Position numbers and translations under genes: made by a program. Below the pieces are notes generated by a model. It ran no database searches. It was given only the letters and a program-made list of their open reading frames with translations, and had not been told where the DNA came from. Below are positions 11,048-21,901 of a stretch of DNA of 64,000 bases, in pieces; the first letter of the stretch is position 1; each line of letters begins with the position of its first letter. This DNA comes from Pelagomonas calceolata (taxonomy: Eukaryota), in contig CAKKNE010000001.1 of the NCBI GenBank assembly GCA_918797485.1, positions 4,650,001-4,714,000 of the forward strand, given 5' to 3'.

Positions 11048-14000
11048 ATGGCCGAGGGGGAGGCCCCAGCGCCGGCGGCGCTCATCGAGCCCGACGAGCG
11101 CTCGACGGTCTCGTTATGGTCCAGCACCATGCGCCAGGCCAATAAGGTCGACGAGATCGCATTAGTACTAAAGAAGATGACCGCGCTCGAGACGAAGCTC
11201 GCCGATCTGGAAGGGGAGCGCATACGAGTGCGGGAACGCCAAGACGTATTGCCGAGCGGTCCTTTACAAATACACGGTGCCCAGCTGGACTGCGCCAAGG
11301 AGGTGCGCGTTTTAACCGGTCCAGTAGTAGGCCGCGTCGACAGCCGGTCTGCCGTGATTTTACTCGAGACTGATGTCTCTGCGAAATTAGAGGTTGTGGT
11401 GTGTCTGCAGGCGGAGGGGAAGGAAGTGCGCAGGCAACCCTTGAAACTTAAGAGTAGACGACCGGGTATAGTAGTACTGACACAGTTACAAGATGACACG
11501 CGGTATCAAATTTTATTTAGTGGCATCCACCGACAGGACGCGCAAGAGCGCATCGCCGAGTTCGTCACATTGAAAAATAGTGTGAGAGCAGGTGCCTTGT
11601 TCCAGGGCATCGAGCAGGGCGACGAGCGCGACAACTACGACGAAGCGCGGTTCGTGGCCGTGGCTAGAGATAGACCTTCTCTGGTAAAACCGGGCGAGTT
11701 TAATCGCTGGGACACGATCTACGAACGCGTGTCCCAGAAAGATTTACCGCCCGTGAATTTTATGTTGCATGTGGGAGGCCAGGTGGACCTTCAAAGTTCT
11801 TTTGAGGAGGCCTGGACGCTGCTGAAACGAGGAACGATAGGAGAGGACGACCAGAAAGCTTTAGAAGATAAAGCTCGAGAGATTCTGAGGAGAGCCTACA
11901 GGCATGCCTGGAACCTGCCACATGTCAGGGAGACGTTAGCGTCGTGTCCGCACTTTATGTTGTGTGGCGAGGGTGACGTGTACCCCAAGTTCCTCACGAA
12001 TAAGGACCTGGGGGATGACGTCGGCGCTTGTGCGTTGAGGTGCGCGCGGCGCGTGTACTGGGAGTATCAACGGCAGCTCTGGGACCCGCGCGTGCACGAA
12101 GTCATAGAGTATGAAGAATCATACGGGAAGACCAAGGAGAACATCGAAAAAGCGAAAGAAGCCGTGAAGACCGCAGAAAAGGCCGCGCTGGCCGCGGTCA
12201 AGGACTGGGAGCGTTATATGAGTGAGAAGGCGGAGATTCGGAGCCAGGTCGCGCACTTGGATGGTGTGGAGTTAAGGAGAGAATTAAGGAAGGTCAAGTG
12301 CCCGGTAGTGGATGGGAGGACCGACGCGCAACTACGAGAAGACTACCTCAAACACAAGGCTTTGGGCCTGGACGAGTCGAAGCCGTTGCCGACGTGGCCG
12401 CCCCACGAGGCCCACCAGGCGGTCGATGCGGCGCGCGCCGCCGGCGCCGCGAAGGATGCCGGTGCTTCCGATAGTTTCAGCTACGGCATGGCGGCGCCGG
12501 CGCCCGCGGCGAAGACGGTGTCGTTCCAAGAGGATGGCTTGGATGACGATTCGGAAGAGGAAGAATCGGAGGAAGAGGAGGACGAGGACCTCGTGAAACG
12601 GGATCCTGATGATACGAAGGAACGAAGGTACGAAGCCCGAGTCGCGGAGTTAGGTGCCGCGGTGAACGAGGCCGAACAAACAGCAAAGGACATGCAGGAG
12701 CGCTTCGAGAACTGGGGCAACGCGGACACGCCGAACGCCGGGAAGGACAACGAGACGGCCCTACATATTTTGGGGCGGATCGGCGTGCTTTTGTTGGATA
12801 CGAGGTGGTCTCAAATTAGCGACAGAGGCGCCCAGCAGAAGGACGAACCTTTAGTAGCGGAGGACACCTGGAAGCAGCTCGAGCATTTGCTGTTGTACGG
12901 TACCTATGCCGGTTCGATAACAGCATTAGTGGTGTGCACGGACGAGCCGCCCGTGGACCCTTATGCTAGAGACGACCTCCCGGAGGAGTCCTATGCGAGG
13001 TTGGAGGCCATTTCATCTCGGTGGGCGAGGCACGAGAGTGATCGCGAGGCGTTCCTGGGGCTCATGTTTTGATCTGTGTGGAAATCAAATTTACGGCGCG
13101 TTCGTCCTGAATCGCCATGTCGACCTCCACGCCATTGACGCAACACCTGCTCGATGGCGTGGCGATGCTAGTTCCTCACCGCTCGACCGAGTGCACCCGA
13201 CACACTGGCTGATTTCCACACAGGTTTAGATGGCTCCAGGGCATGCAGAATAGATCATTGGTCGTGATCTGTGGCGGCGACTTGTGCGGAGGCGTCGAGA
13301 CGCAGGTTGAAGACCAGCAGCAGGCCGAGGAACGGTCCAAGCGGCAGGAGGACGCCAAGCCGAAGCTCGACGAGTGGGGCCAGCCCATTCAAGAAGGTCT
13401 GAAACCGGTAAGCGAGGCCTCGAACAACGACAAGTTCTACCGCCAGCTCGTGTGCGGCGGCGTCGCCGGCTCCAGTACTAAGAACGTCAATCATCTCATG
13501 GGCGACGGCGGCGAGCTCGAGTTCAATTCTAAAGATGATCGCGGCAAGCGGCAATTACTGAAACTCCAGTACGACCACCGTCGGTTAATCCCGTCGGAGC
13601 ACTGCGCCTACGTCGAGGGGTTAGTAAGGGCGCCCGTCGACGCGACGGAGCCCGTGGACATCCGGGCGGACATCTGTTCGCTGTTTTTTGGGGGCGTCAA
13701 GGTCACCGTCGGACCTGTCATTGGTCTCGTGACGGAATCCACAGCCATCATTTTGTTGGAGGTCGAGTGGGAGGCGCCGGTCGGGTGCGTGGTCACGGAC
13801 GCGCTGTCGGGCGAAAGGATGACGATTTTGAACCACCTCCCCAAACTAAGGCCGCACGCGTTCCGGGTCGAAGGTTTAAAACCGCACCGCCACTACCACG
13901 TCCGCTTCGACGGCGTCGAGGATCCTGAAAAAAGACGCGGCTCCTTCACGACGTGTGCTTCCTTAGCGGCGCCGCGGCGGCCGCAGCCCGGCGACGACGT

Positions 14001-16300
14001 CGACGGCTGCGGTTTTGTTCGGTGTCTTTTCACGCCTTCGACGCGCACCGGTCGCTTTACGCAGGCGGGAGCCTCACGGCGCCGTACCAGAAGTCCTTTA
14101 GAGGTTTGTGCCTCGCGCGGGACGCGCCCGCGACCGACTCGACATCGGCCGCGGACGGCGCGGCGTTGTTGAGTGCTTGTAGAGAGGCGCTCGACGAGGC
14201 CTTCGCGGGGACGGACTGCGTCTTCCACCTCGGCGGTTCGTTTCCCGCGTGGACGATTCACCTTCGACTTCAGCGGATGTAGTAGATCCAAGAGTCCGGT
14301 GCGACCAAAGCTCCGCGACCGCCTTCACGCCTTCGCCGCAACCCATCACACGCGCAGGTCAAGTGAACTTGGATGCGGTCCAGGCCGACGCGGCCGGCGT
14401 GCTCGCGCAGGCGGAAAATGCTTACGTGCGCGGCGACGAGGCGCAGGCGGGCATGCTCGAGGACCGCGCGATGCAGCGGCTCCGCGACGCTTATAGGACG
14501 CACTGGAACCTGCCCGGCACGCGCGAGGTTCTTTCAAGAGGCGGCCGCGTCATGGTACCCGGGGACGCAGACCTCGGGCGCACGCTCCTCCGCAATAGTA
14601 CGGAGGGCTACGTGCGCCGGACGCTACGGCGCATGACGCAGCGCGTCTACCGTGAATATCAAAGACAGCTCTGGGAGCCGCTGCTGCCGACGGCGGAGGC
14701 GGCCGTGTCCTACGCGACGGCGGCCGTCGACAGCACGACGCTGCGCTTCGGCGCGACGCACCCCTGGGGCGCGACGCCCGGCGTCGCCGCCGAGGCGCGC
14801 CGCGGCTGCGCGCCGGTCTCGTCCCACGGCGAGTGGCACTTCCACCAGTGGTGCGGCGGCGCCGTGGGCCTCTTCGCCATCGACACGAAGCACGAGCGCC
14901 TGTACAACGGCGGCGCCTGTTTGATCGGAGAAGACCAGTGGGCGGCGCTCGACGCCGCGCTCGACGCGCCGGGCCTGCGGTGCGTGTACGTCGCGTCGGA
15001 CACGCCGTTCGTCGACCGGTCGTTCGCCGACGCGGCCGCGCTCGCGGCGTCTGATCCTAATTTCTCTCACACGTGGCCGGCGCGCGGCGACGAGCTGCTG
15101 CGGCTGTTTCAGCGGCTGGAGGACTGGGAGGCCGGCGGACAGCGGCGCGCGTTCTTGTTAAGTGGTGGGACGCCCTGCGCGTTGCAGACGGAGCTCGCCC
15201 TGCGCGGCGCGGGGAACGCGACGGCCGCGGCGCTGCGGGCGGCGGCGCCCGCGCCCGCGCCCCCGGCCCAGCCGCGGCGCCAGCTGCTGATCCACGCGTG
15301 CGGCCCCGTGACGGCTTTTCCCAGCGTCCTGTTTGAGCTTTTAGCATTCGTTCGACATAGAGAGACGTCTGAAGTCCACACCCGATCCATGGCCAAGCCT
15401 ACGGCGGAGCCCGCGTAACACGCCTTCGACGCGACCGCCGTCGCCGCAACCACTCACAAACGTACGAACGCAGGCACCGGCGGACAAGCTCGACTTTGAG
15501 CTGCGCGGCACGCTCAACGCGGACTACACCTACGCGCACACCGCCACGAAGCGCCAGAGCGTCTCGATCGTCATGGCGACGTGGGACGCCGAGGCCGCGC
15601 AGATGGCCTGCGCCGTGGTGCCGCCCGACGGGACTCGTTTTTTTTCAGCGTCCTGCTTTGGGTGTTCGTCTGACAGAGAGAGAGATGTCTGAGTCTACTG
15701 CGGAGCCTACGGAGCCCACGCCCCCCGAATCCAAGTACACGCCATCGACGCGACGCCATCGACGCGCCACGCCGCAGCGACCCCAACACGATACCAAACG
15801 CAGGCAACAACCCGACGCCGCCGACGGGGGGCCTGCCGCCGCCCAGGAGGCCGGCCTGGCTCCGGGAACTCGTCGCGCACGGCGGCCCCACGCCGAAGGC
15901 CGACGAGTCCTTCGAGGAGGAGATGCTGCGCGGCTATTTGAAAGTGGGACCGGTCCGCGCGGACCTCGAGGCCGTGTTTGGAGATGTCGGCCCCGGCCAG
16001 GACGGGCCCCGGCACTACGCGAAGAAGGCCTTCGGGCCCCTGTCGCACTACTGGCACAACTACGCGCCGTCGCAGATCCGGGAGCTCTGCGCGCCGCCGT
16101 CCGTGTTATCGATCGAGGCCGTCGCGGCGCGCTGGGAGAAAAGTGGTTTGGCCGACGGCTTCGCGGGCACGACTTTGGCTCTAATGGACGCGCGGGCCTT
16201 CGTTGTGTTTGCCGGGGAATGCTTCCGCTTCGGGCTCGTCGTTTCTGGAAGGGTGGCCCTTGGTGCGGCGGAGGCTTCGCGCGTAAGGTTCTCCTCGTAG
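11048..16300 (+). CDS. Large protein with two PhoD-like phosphatase repeats, 5 introns
   Basis: Repeated modules GPVVGRV/GPVIGLV, HVGGQV/HLGGQV, YRHAWNLP/YRTHWNLP, YWEYQRQLW/YREYQRQLW. ORFs join in frame after removing introns 13066-13223, 13955-14064, 14236-14357, 15326-15473 and ~15637-15803. Confidence 0.75.
13074..13223 (+). mobile_element. Introner element (MITE that forms an intron)
   Basis: 14-bp perfect TIR CTGTGTGGAAATCA/TGATTTCCACACAG; 8-bp TSD GTTTTGAT/GTTTAGAT. Donor GT comes from the TSD and acceptor AG from the TIR; splicing restores frame (LMFRWLQGMQ). Confidence 0.9.
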
Positions 16301-16424
16301 GGTTGTCTTTTGTGGCGTTCGTGGTCTTCTTGCCTCGTCGCGGGCCGCGTTTTTGTGAGTTGAAAAAACGGGTTTTCCAAGCGTCATCGCCGCGCAAGCC
16401 CAATAACTCACCGCAGAACGCAAG

Positions 16425-17534
16425 ATGATCCTCACAACTTGCGCCGCCTGTGCCGCCCCACTGGCCCACGACGCGCCGCGATGTGTTAGATGCAAGCTCA
16501 GATACTGCAACAAAACTTGCCAACATGACCACTGGCGCCGCGGCCACAAGCAGATGTGTAAGAAAATACACCGCGGCGGCAACGCTGAGCAATACCACGC
16601 CGACAAAAAATACAAGGAGGCCGTCGCGGAGGCCGTCGAGGCGTGCGCCGAGGACACGAAGGGGCAGACGTGCTACATCTGCACGCAAGCATTGCATTGG
16701 AAAACGAAGGAAGGCCTCGTGCGCGGGTGCGCGTGCCGCGGAACGGCGGGGTTCGCGCACGTGTCGTGCCTGGCGGAGCAGGCGAAGATTTTGATGGACG
16801 AGGTCGAGGAGAACAATTTGGGCACCAAGGCGGTGATTGAGAGGTTTGGGCGGTGGGATACGTGCAGCCAGTGCGAGCAACACTACCACGGCGTCGTGCG
16901 GTGCGCGCTCGGGTGGGCGTGCTGGAAGACGTACGTAGGGCGGCCTGAGGCGGACATGCTTCGGCTCGGCGCAATGGGAGCGGTTGGGAACGGTTTATCC
17001 GCTGTAGAACGCAACGAGGACGCGTTAACCGTGAGAGAGGCCGAGTTGGCTACGAAACGGCGCCTAGGCGGATCGGAAGTACATATGCTCGCCGCGCAGA
17101 GCAATCTTGCAGTTGCGTATGAAAAGACTGGGCGGCTCGAATCGTCCCTAGAGATTAAGCGAGACGTATACTCCGGACGTTTGAAGCTCAAGGGCGTGGA
17201 ACATGAAGATACCCTCCGAGCAGCCAACAACTACGCGGCGTCCCTTCTTGGTCTAAAGCGCTACGAAGAAGCCAGGTCGCTCTTGCGGGAATTAAGACCG
17301 GTGGCGCAACGTGTTCTTGGCGAGAGCAACGAACTCACGCTCAGGATGAGGTGGGTTTACGCGCGGGCGCTCTACCAGGACCCCGCCGCCACGCTCGACG
17401 ACCTCCGCGAGGCAGTGGCGACGCTCGAGGATATGGCACCGACCGCGCGGCGCGTGTACGGTGGCGGGCATCCACTCGCCTCGGCGATTGACGACGAATT
17501 GCAAGACACGCGAGCCGCGCTCCGCGGTGCGTAA
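16425..17534 (+). CDS. MYND zinc finger + RINGv-like + TPR protein
   Basis: CAAC..CVRC..YCNKTCQHDHWRRGHKQMC; CYIC..CACRG..HVSCL; kinesin-light-chain-like TPR repeats. Confidence 0.85.
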   Translation: MILTTCAACAAPLAHDAPRCVRCKLRYCNKTCQHDHWRRGHKQMCKKIHRGGNAEQYHADKKYKEAVAEAVEACAEDTKGQTCYICTQALHWKTKEGLVRGCACRGTAGFAHVSCLAEQAKILMDEVEENNLGTKAVIERFGRWDTCSQCEQHYHGVVRCALGWACWKTYVGRPEADMLRLGAMGAVGNGLSAVERNEDALTVREAELATKRRLGGSEVHMLAAQSNLAVAYEKTGRLESSLEIKRDVYSGRLKLKGVEHEDTLRAANNYAASLLGLKRYEEARSLLRELRPVAQRVLGESNELTLRMRWVYARALYQDPAATLDDLREAVATLEDMAPTARRVYGGGHPLASAIDDELQDTRAALRGA

Positions 17535-17587
17535 AATTTGGTACACATTTTAAATCAGCCCCCGACGCCATCGACGCGCCGCCGCAT

Positions 17588-18528
17588 CTACTCGGGCGGC
17601 TCCCGCACGACGAACTCGTCCTCGCCCTCGCCCGAGAGCCAGGGCGTCGGCGCGCCCGGCCCGAGCATCGCCGCCGTCTCGGCCGCGTCGATGACGTCCT
17701 CGTGGAGCGTCGAGAGCTTCGCCGACGACGCCACGACCTTGCCCGTCGCGCGGTCCCGGTCGAAGTACCGGATCTGGCCGTCGCGGAAGGCGCGGACGCG
17801 CTCGACGGCGCCCTCGACCTCGTTGACGAGCGGCACGACGCGGATCTCCTCGGGAGGCGTCGCGTAGACGTGGGACGCGCCGCCGCTCGGCCGCGTCACC
17901 CGCAGATACCGCACGTTCTCCTTCGCGAGGGTGTCGACCTGTGCTTGTTACCGTGATCGTCGCCCCGCCGCGAGTGTTCCCGTGGTCGCGTCCGCTCGTC
18001 CACGCCGTCGACGCGACGTCGGTGCAGAAACCGCGGCTGCTCGACGGTGGGGAGGTGCCACCGATCGACGCGATGGTGTCACCGCGACTGCGTCTGCTCG
18101 ACTTCATGGAGGTGCCGCGCTATCGACGCGACGCTGTCCACGGAACTGCATCCGCTCTTTTCACGCCGTCGACGCGACGTCGTCCCCGAAGATAACGAAG
18201 GCTCCTCGCTGATTTCCGCGCAGTTGTCGACGTGCGGGCACGCCGCCTCCTCTTCGTTCGAGAAAATGCCCGGAAACTCGAGCCGCAGGCACGTCGCGGT
18301 GAAGAGCTCCCGCTTCGAGGCGCCGCCCGGCAGCGGTGGTGATGTCCAGCCCTCGTCCAGCGTGCCCTCAGGCAGCAGCGAGAGCTTGGCTCGCAGCTGG
18401 CAGACGACGTTTTTCGCGCCCGTCAGCACCGGGTCCTCTTTTGGCGCATTTTGCTGCGCGGCGTCGCTCTCCGCGTCGCTGCTGTCGTCGATGGCGTCCC
18501 ATTTGGAGTAGTCCGTGAGGGCGGACAT
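17588..18528 (-). CDS. Hypothetical protein with N-terminal DYSKWD motif, one intron
   Basis: Starts MSALTDYSKWDAIDDSSD. Intron 17939-18231 (GT..AG, near-TSD GTCGACAA/GTCGACAC, TIR-like CTGCGCGGAAATCAG) joins in frame to ORF 17588-17914. Confidence 0.65.
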
Positions 18529-18704
18529 GGTTTTGGGCTGTCTTTCCCTCTGGGAGGTTTTATTGGTCACTGCGCGTTGTGAAGGAGGTTATCGCTGCGA
18601 ATTTGCGTTGTGCGCTGTCTGGGCTTAGCCCGCGCGCCTCTGGATGGTGGGTATGCGGCCTCGATCGCGCTGGGTTTTTTACCGGCAGCTAAAAACCCGA
18701 AAAA

Positions 18705-18757
18705 GGGTTTTTCTATCGCACAGTGTAAATTTGCCGGATTCGCTGCGACCAGCTTTC
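18705..18757 (+). promoter_or_regulatory. Candidate upstream Pol III promoter of permuted tRNA-Ser
   Basis: GGGTTTTT-N10-GTGTAAAT-N19-CAGCTTTC; same blocks and near-identical spacing upstream of the permuted tRNA-Leu(CAG). Confidence 0.5.
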
Positions 18758-18778
18758 CATACAAGAGTCAGACGAATG

Positions 18779-18947
18779 ATCGAGGCGTCTTTACATGCGT
18801 CATCACCATTAGCGTCAGCTGCGCAGATCTATCTCCTACGGAGAAAGAAGCGTCTGTTCGAGTCCTGTCCGTGTCGAAACATATTGAGACACGGTGTCCG
18901 AGAAGTGGTGAAACCCACCCGGTCTTGGTTAAGGAGATCGACTAGAA
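18779..18947 (+). tRNA. Circularly permuted tRNA-Ser(AGA) with three ectopic introns
   Basis: 3' half 18779-18876, spacer 18877-18887, 5' half 18888-18947; introns 18783-18807, 18827-18855, 18903-18925. Reassembles to GACACGG TG TCCGAGTGGTTAAGGA G ATCGA CTAGAAA TCGAT TAGCGTCAGCTGC GCAGG TTCGAGT CCTGT CCGTGTC G. Confidence 0.9.
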
Positions 18948-18954
18948 ATCTGGC

Positions 18955-18963
18955 TTTTTTTTT
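18955..18963 (+). terminator. Pol III T-run terminator
   Basis: T9 immediately after the trailer of the permuted tRNA-Ser. Confidence 0.75.
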
Positions 18964-19135
18964 GTTTTTTTATGCTCGTGACGTTGCAACTCGCCGTGGA
19001 AGGAGTTTCGGCTTAGGACCCGCGAGGACGCCGGAAGGCGCACCGAACCGCCTCGAAACGCCCCCCGGCGCCCTACAACAGCCAAACCGAGCGACCCGTG
19101 TACGCCGCCGCCAAAAGTATATCCAAACACAAACC

Positions 19136-20066
19136 TTACGAAGCCCCCTCACCCTCCGAACTCGACGACGACGAGTACGCCACCAACCCCCCCAATTTGG
19201 GCTTCTTCTCGACGGGCGGCGGCGCATCAGCCAAACGCCGCTTCAGCACGACGGGCGCGGGCGGCGACGGCGGCCGCGCGGGTTCCGGCGCGGCGAGCGT
19301 CGGCGGCGGCGCTGGAACGGCCTCGTCCGACGACGACCCTTGTAGTGGCGGCGGCTTCGCGTCGACGGCGCGCGCGGCCTGGGCCCGCTTGAACGCGGCC
19401 ATCTCGTCGCGCTCCTTCGCGCTCATTTCATCAGCGGGCTTCTGCGCGGACCCGAGCTCCGCCCTATCGACGCGCTCGTGGCGCTCGTTGTAGGCCTTGA
19501 TCTCGTCGAGCGCGTCCAAGATGTCCATCTCGATCTTCGAGTCCAGCGTCTTCGACTCGAGCGCGGACATCGCGTTCGCCTCGGCGGCCTCCTTCCGCTC
19601 GCCCTCGAACTTCTCCTCGGCCTCGTCCTGCTGGCGCCAGGACTCGAAGTTGCGCGTGGCGCCTGCGTAGCGTGTCGCGTCGATGGCGTGCGGGCGGTCC
19701 CGAACTCTCTCGGCGGAGGCGCATCGCGTAAGCAAATAACCAGGACGCCGAACGCAAACCGCTCTCACACACATAATCCTGGTTCTTCGGGTCCGTCTTG
19801 AACGCGATCTCGTTGTTGCAGACGCAGCATTTTATATAAAACCGGTACTTCTTTATGCCCAGATAGTCGTCGCCAATCACGTCCTCCTTGCGCGAGTTGA
19901 ACTTCTTGCCCCGGTACATGTACTCGCCGCACTTGATGCACTGCAGCGAGAAGGGGATCATCATGCGTACTTCTACTTGTTTGTACGGGTCGTACTTCCG
20001 CTTCGGCACGAGCAGCGGGTCGAAGTCCGGCGGGAAGTATCTGTTAAGCACTTTCCGCTCGCCCAT
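19136..20066 (-). CDS. YJU2: Splicing factor YJU2/CCDC94
   Basis: MGERKVLNRYFPPDFDP, C..C...RGKKFNSRKE, YLGI, KTDPKNQDY; intron 19663-19759 gives ESGATRNFE. Confidence 0.92.
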
Positions 20067-20500
20067 GGCTGTCTAACGTAGCGCGCGGCGGCGGCGTCGA
20101 GAATCGGCGTCCGCGTGCGCGTGCGTCGATGTGTCTCGAGCAGCGTGGGGGGCGCCTCGGCTGGCGCGCGCGCGGCGGCGGCGTTGAACTGGGGCTGGGC
20201 TGAGCTCTTGGAAAGTAGTGAACCAGCGCTAAAAGCGGTAACGCGCGACGTAGGGGCCGCGTCCGCGTACGCTGCTTTTCCTAGTGCCTTACAAGCGCTA
20301 GCTACGCTGCTGCGGCTGAAGTGGCTGCAGCGAGCGTTTGGACCCAAAGAGCTCACCTCCGCGCGTCCAGGGGCGCTTCTGAAAAGGTTGACTCCTTGCG
20401 CAGCCGGTGTGCCGGTCTATCGGCAGCGGTACGGCCAGTGCCGCCCACTCAAGGACCTGTGCAAGTGCAAACAGCAGACGGACGACGCAGCAGCGGAACA

Positions 20501-21800
20501 ATGCGGTGGCTCACGCTGCTCGCCACCGCAGCAGCGCTCGCACCAAAGGACGACAAATCTTTAGCGCTGTGGCTCCTCGAGCCGTCGCGGACCATCGACG
20601 AGGTGCGGGCCGGCACGGAGACGCTCGCGGCGCGGCCGCCGACGCAGCCCTGCGACGCGCTCGCGCTGTGCATGGCCTCGTGGGCGGCGTCCCAGAAGCA
20701 GCAGGGCGACCTGCTGCCGAAGCTAGCCGCGAAGCTCGCCCCGCGCCTGAGCGAGGCCGTCGACTCGCCGCGCTGCGCCGAGGTGCTCTCGAACACGGCG
20801 CGCGCGTTCGCCGTCGAGGCGGCCCGGTCCGACGCGCCGGAGGCGTTCCAGGGGCTCTTCGCGGCGCTCGAGGAGGCGTGTCGCGCGAAGCGCCTCTCGG
20901 TAGACCGCCGGTGTGGAAGTCAACGTCGCGTCGATGGCGTAACGATCACACACAGGTGGACGCGGGCAACTTCGCCGTGGTCTCGCGGTCCTTCGCCGCC
21001 GCGCGGGAAGTCGGCGCCTGCGCGGACGACGCCGCGCCGTTCCGCGGCGCGGCGCCCGCCGACGTGGCCGAGGCGTGCCTGCGCTCCCTCGACGCGCACG
21101 CGGCCACGGAGCGGCTCGGCGCCCTCGACGACTTCGCCGTCTACTCCGCGTCGGGCGTCATCGACCGAGCGGACGCGGACGAGCTGCTGCGCCTCGCGGA
21201 GGACCAGTGGACGGCGAGCGCCGCGGCGGGCGACGCCACAAACAACTACCGCACGTCCGAGACGGCGTCGCTGCGGGACGACGCGTCGCGCGCGTCGAAG
21301 GCCGTCGACCGCGTCGCCGCCAGGGCCGCGGCGCTGTTTGGCCTGCCGCGGTCGGGCTCCCGCGTCGTTCCCGTCAGCTCACCGGTACGCCATCGACGCG
21401 AAGGGAAGACGAGACAACGCCACACACAGCGAGAAAACACCACGAAGAAAAACACAGGTCGTGCTGCGAGACGCTGCAGCTCGTGCGGTACGCGTCGCCG
21501 GCCGCGTTCTACAAGCCGCACCTCGACTGCCTCGAGGAGGCGGGCCAGGTTTTGTTAGGAGGCCAGCGCGTCGGCACGGTGCTCGTCTACCTCAACGACG
21601 TCGAGGACGGCGGCGCGACGCGCTTCCCGGCGCTCGGCTTGGAGGTGGCGCCGCGCGAGCTGCAGGCCGTCGCCTGGGCGAACGTGCGCGCGGACGGCGT
21701 CCCGGACGTGCGCGCGCGCCACGAGGCGCTGCCCACGGCCGCGACCAAGGTCGCGGTGAACTGCTGGGTGCGGGCGTTCCCGGGGGCGGACGCGCTCTAG
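20501..21800 (+). CDS. Prolyl 4-hydroxylase-like 2OG-Fe(II) oxygenase with signal peptide
   Basis: YRTSET, ETLQLVRY..YKPHLD, LVYLNDVEDGGATRFP, HEALP, KVAVNCW. Introns 20900-20955 and 21351-21457 keep frame. Confidence 0.85.
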
Positions 21801-21901
21801 TTTCCCATGTTAAATTTAGGTGTGTTGTCGTTCTAATTATTCGTCGCTGCGCACCGCGGGCTTCGTTGAGCGGACGTCTGGCGGCCGTCGGCGCCACTAG
21901 G

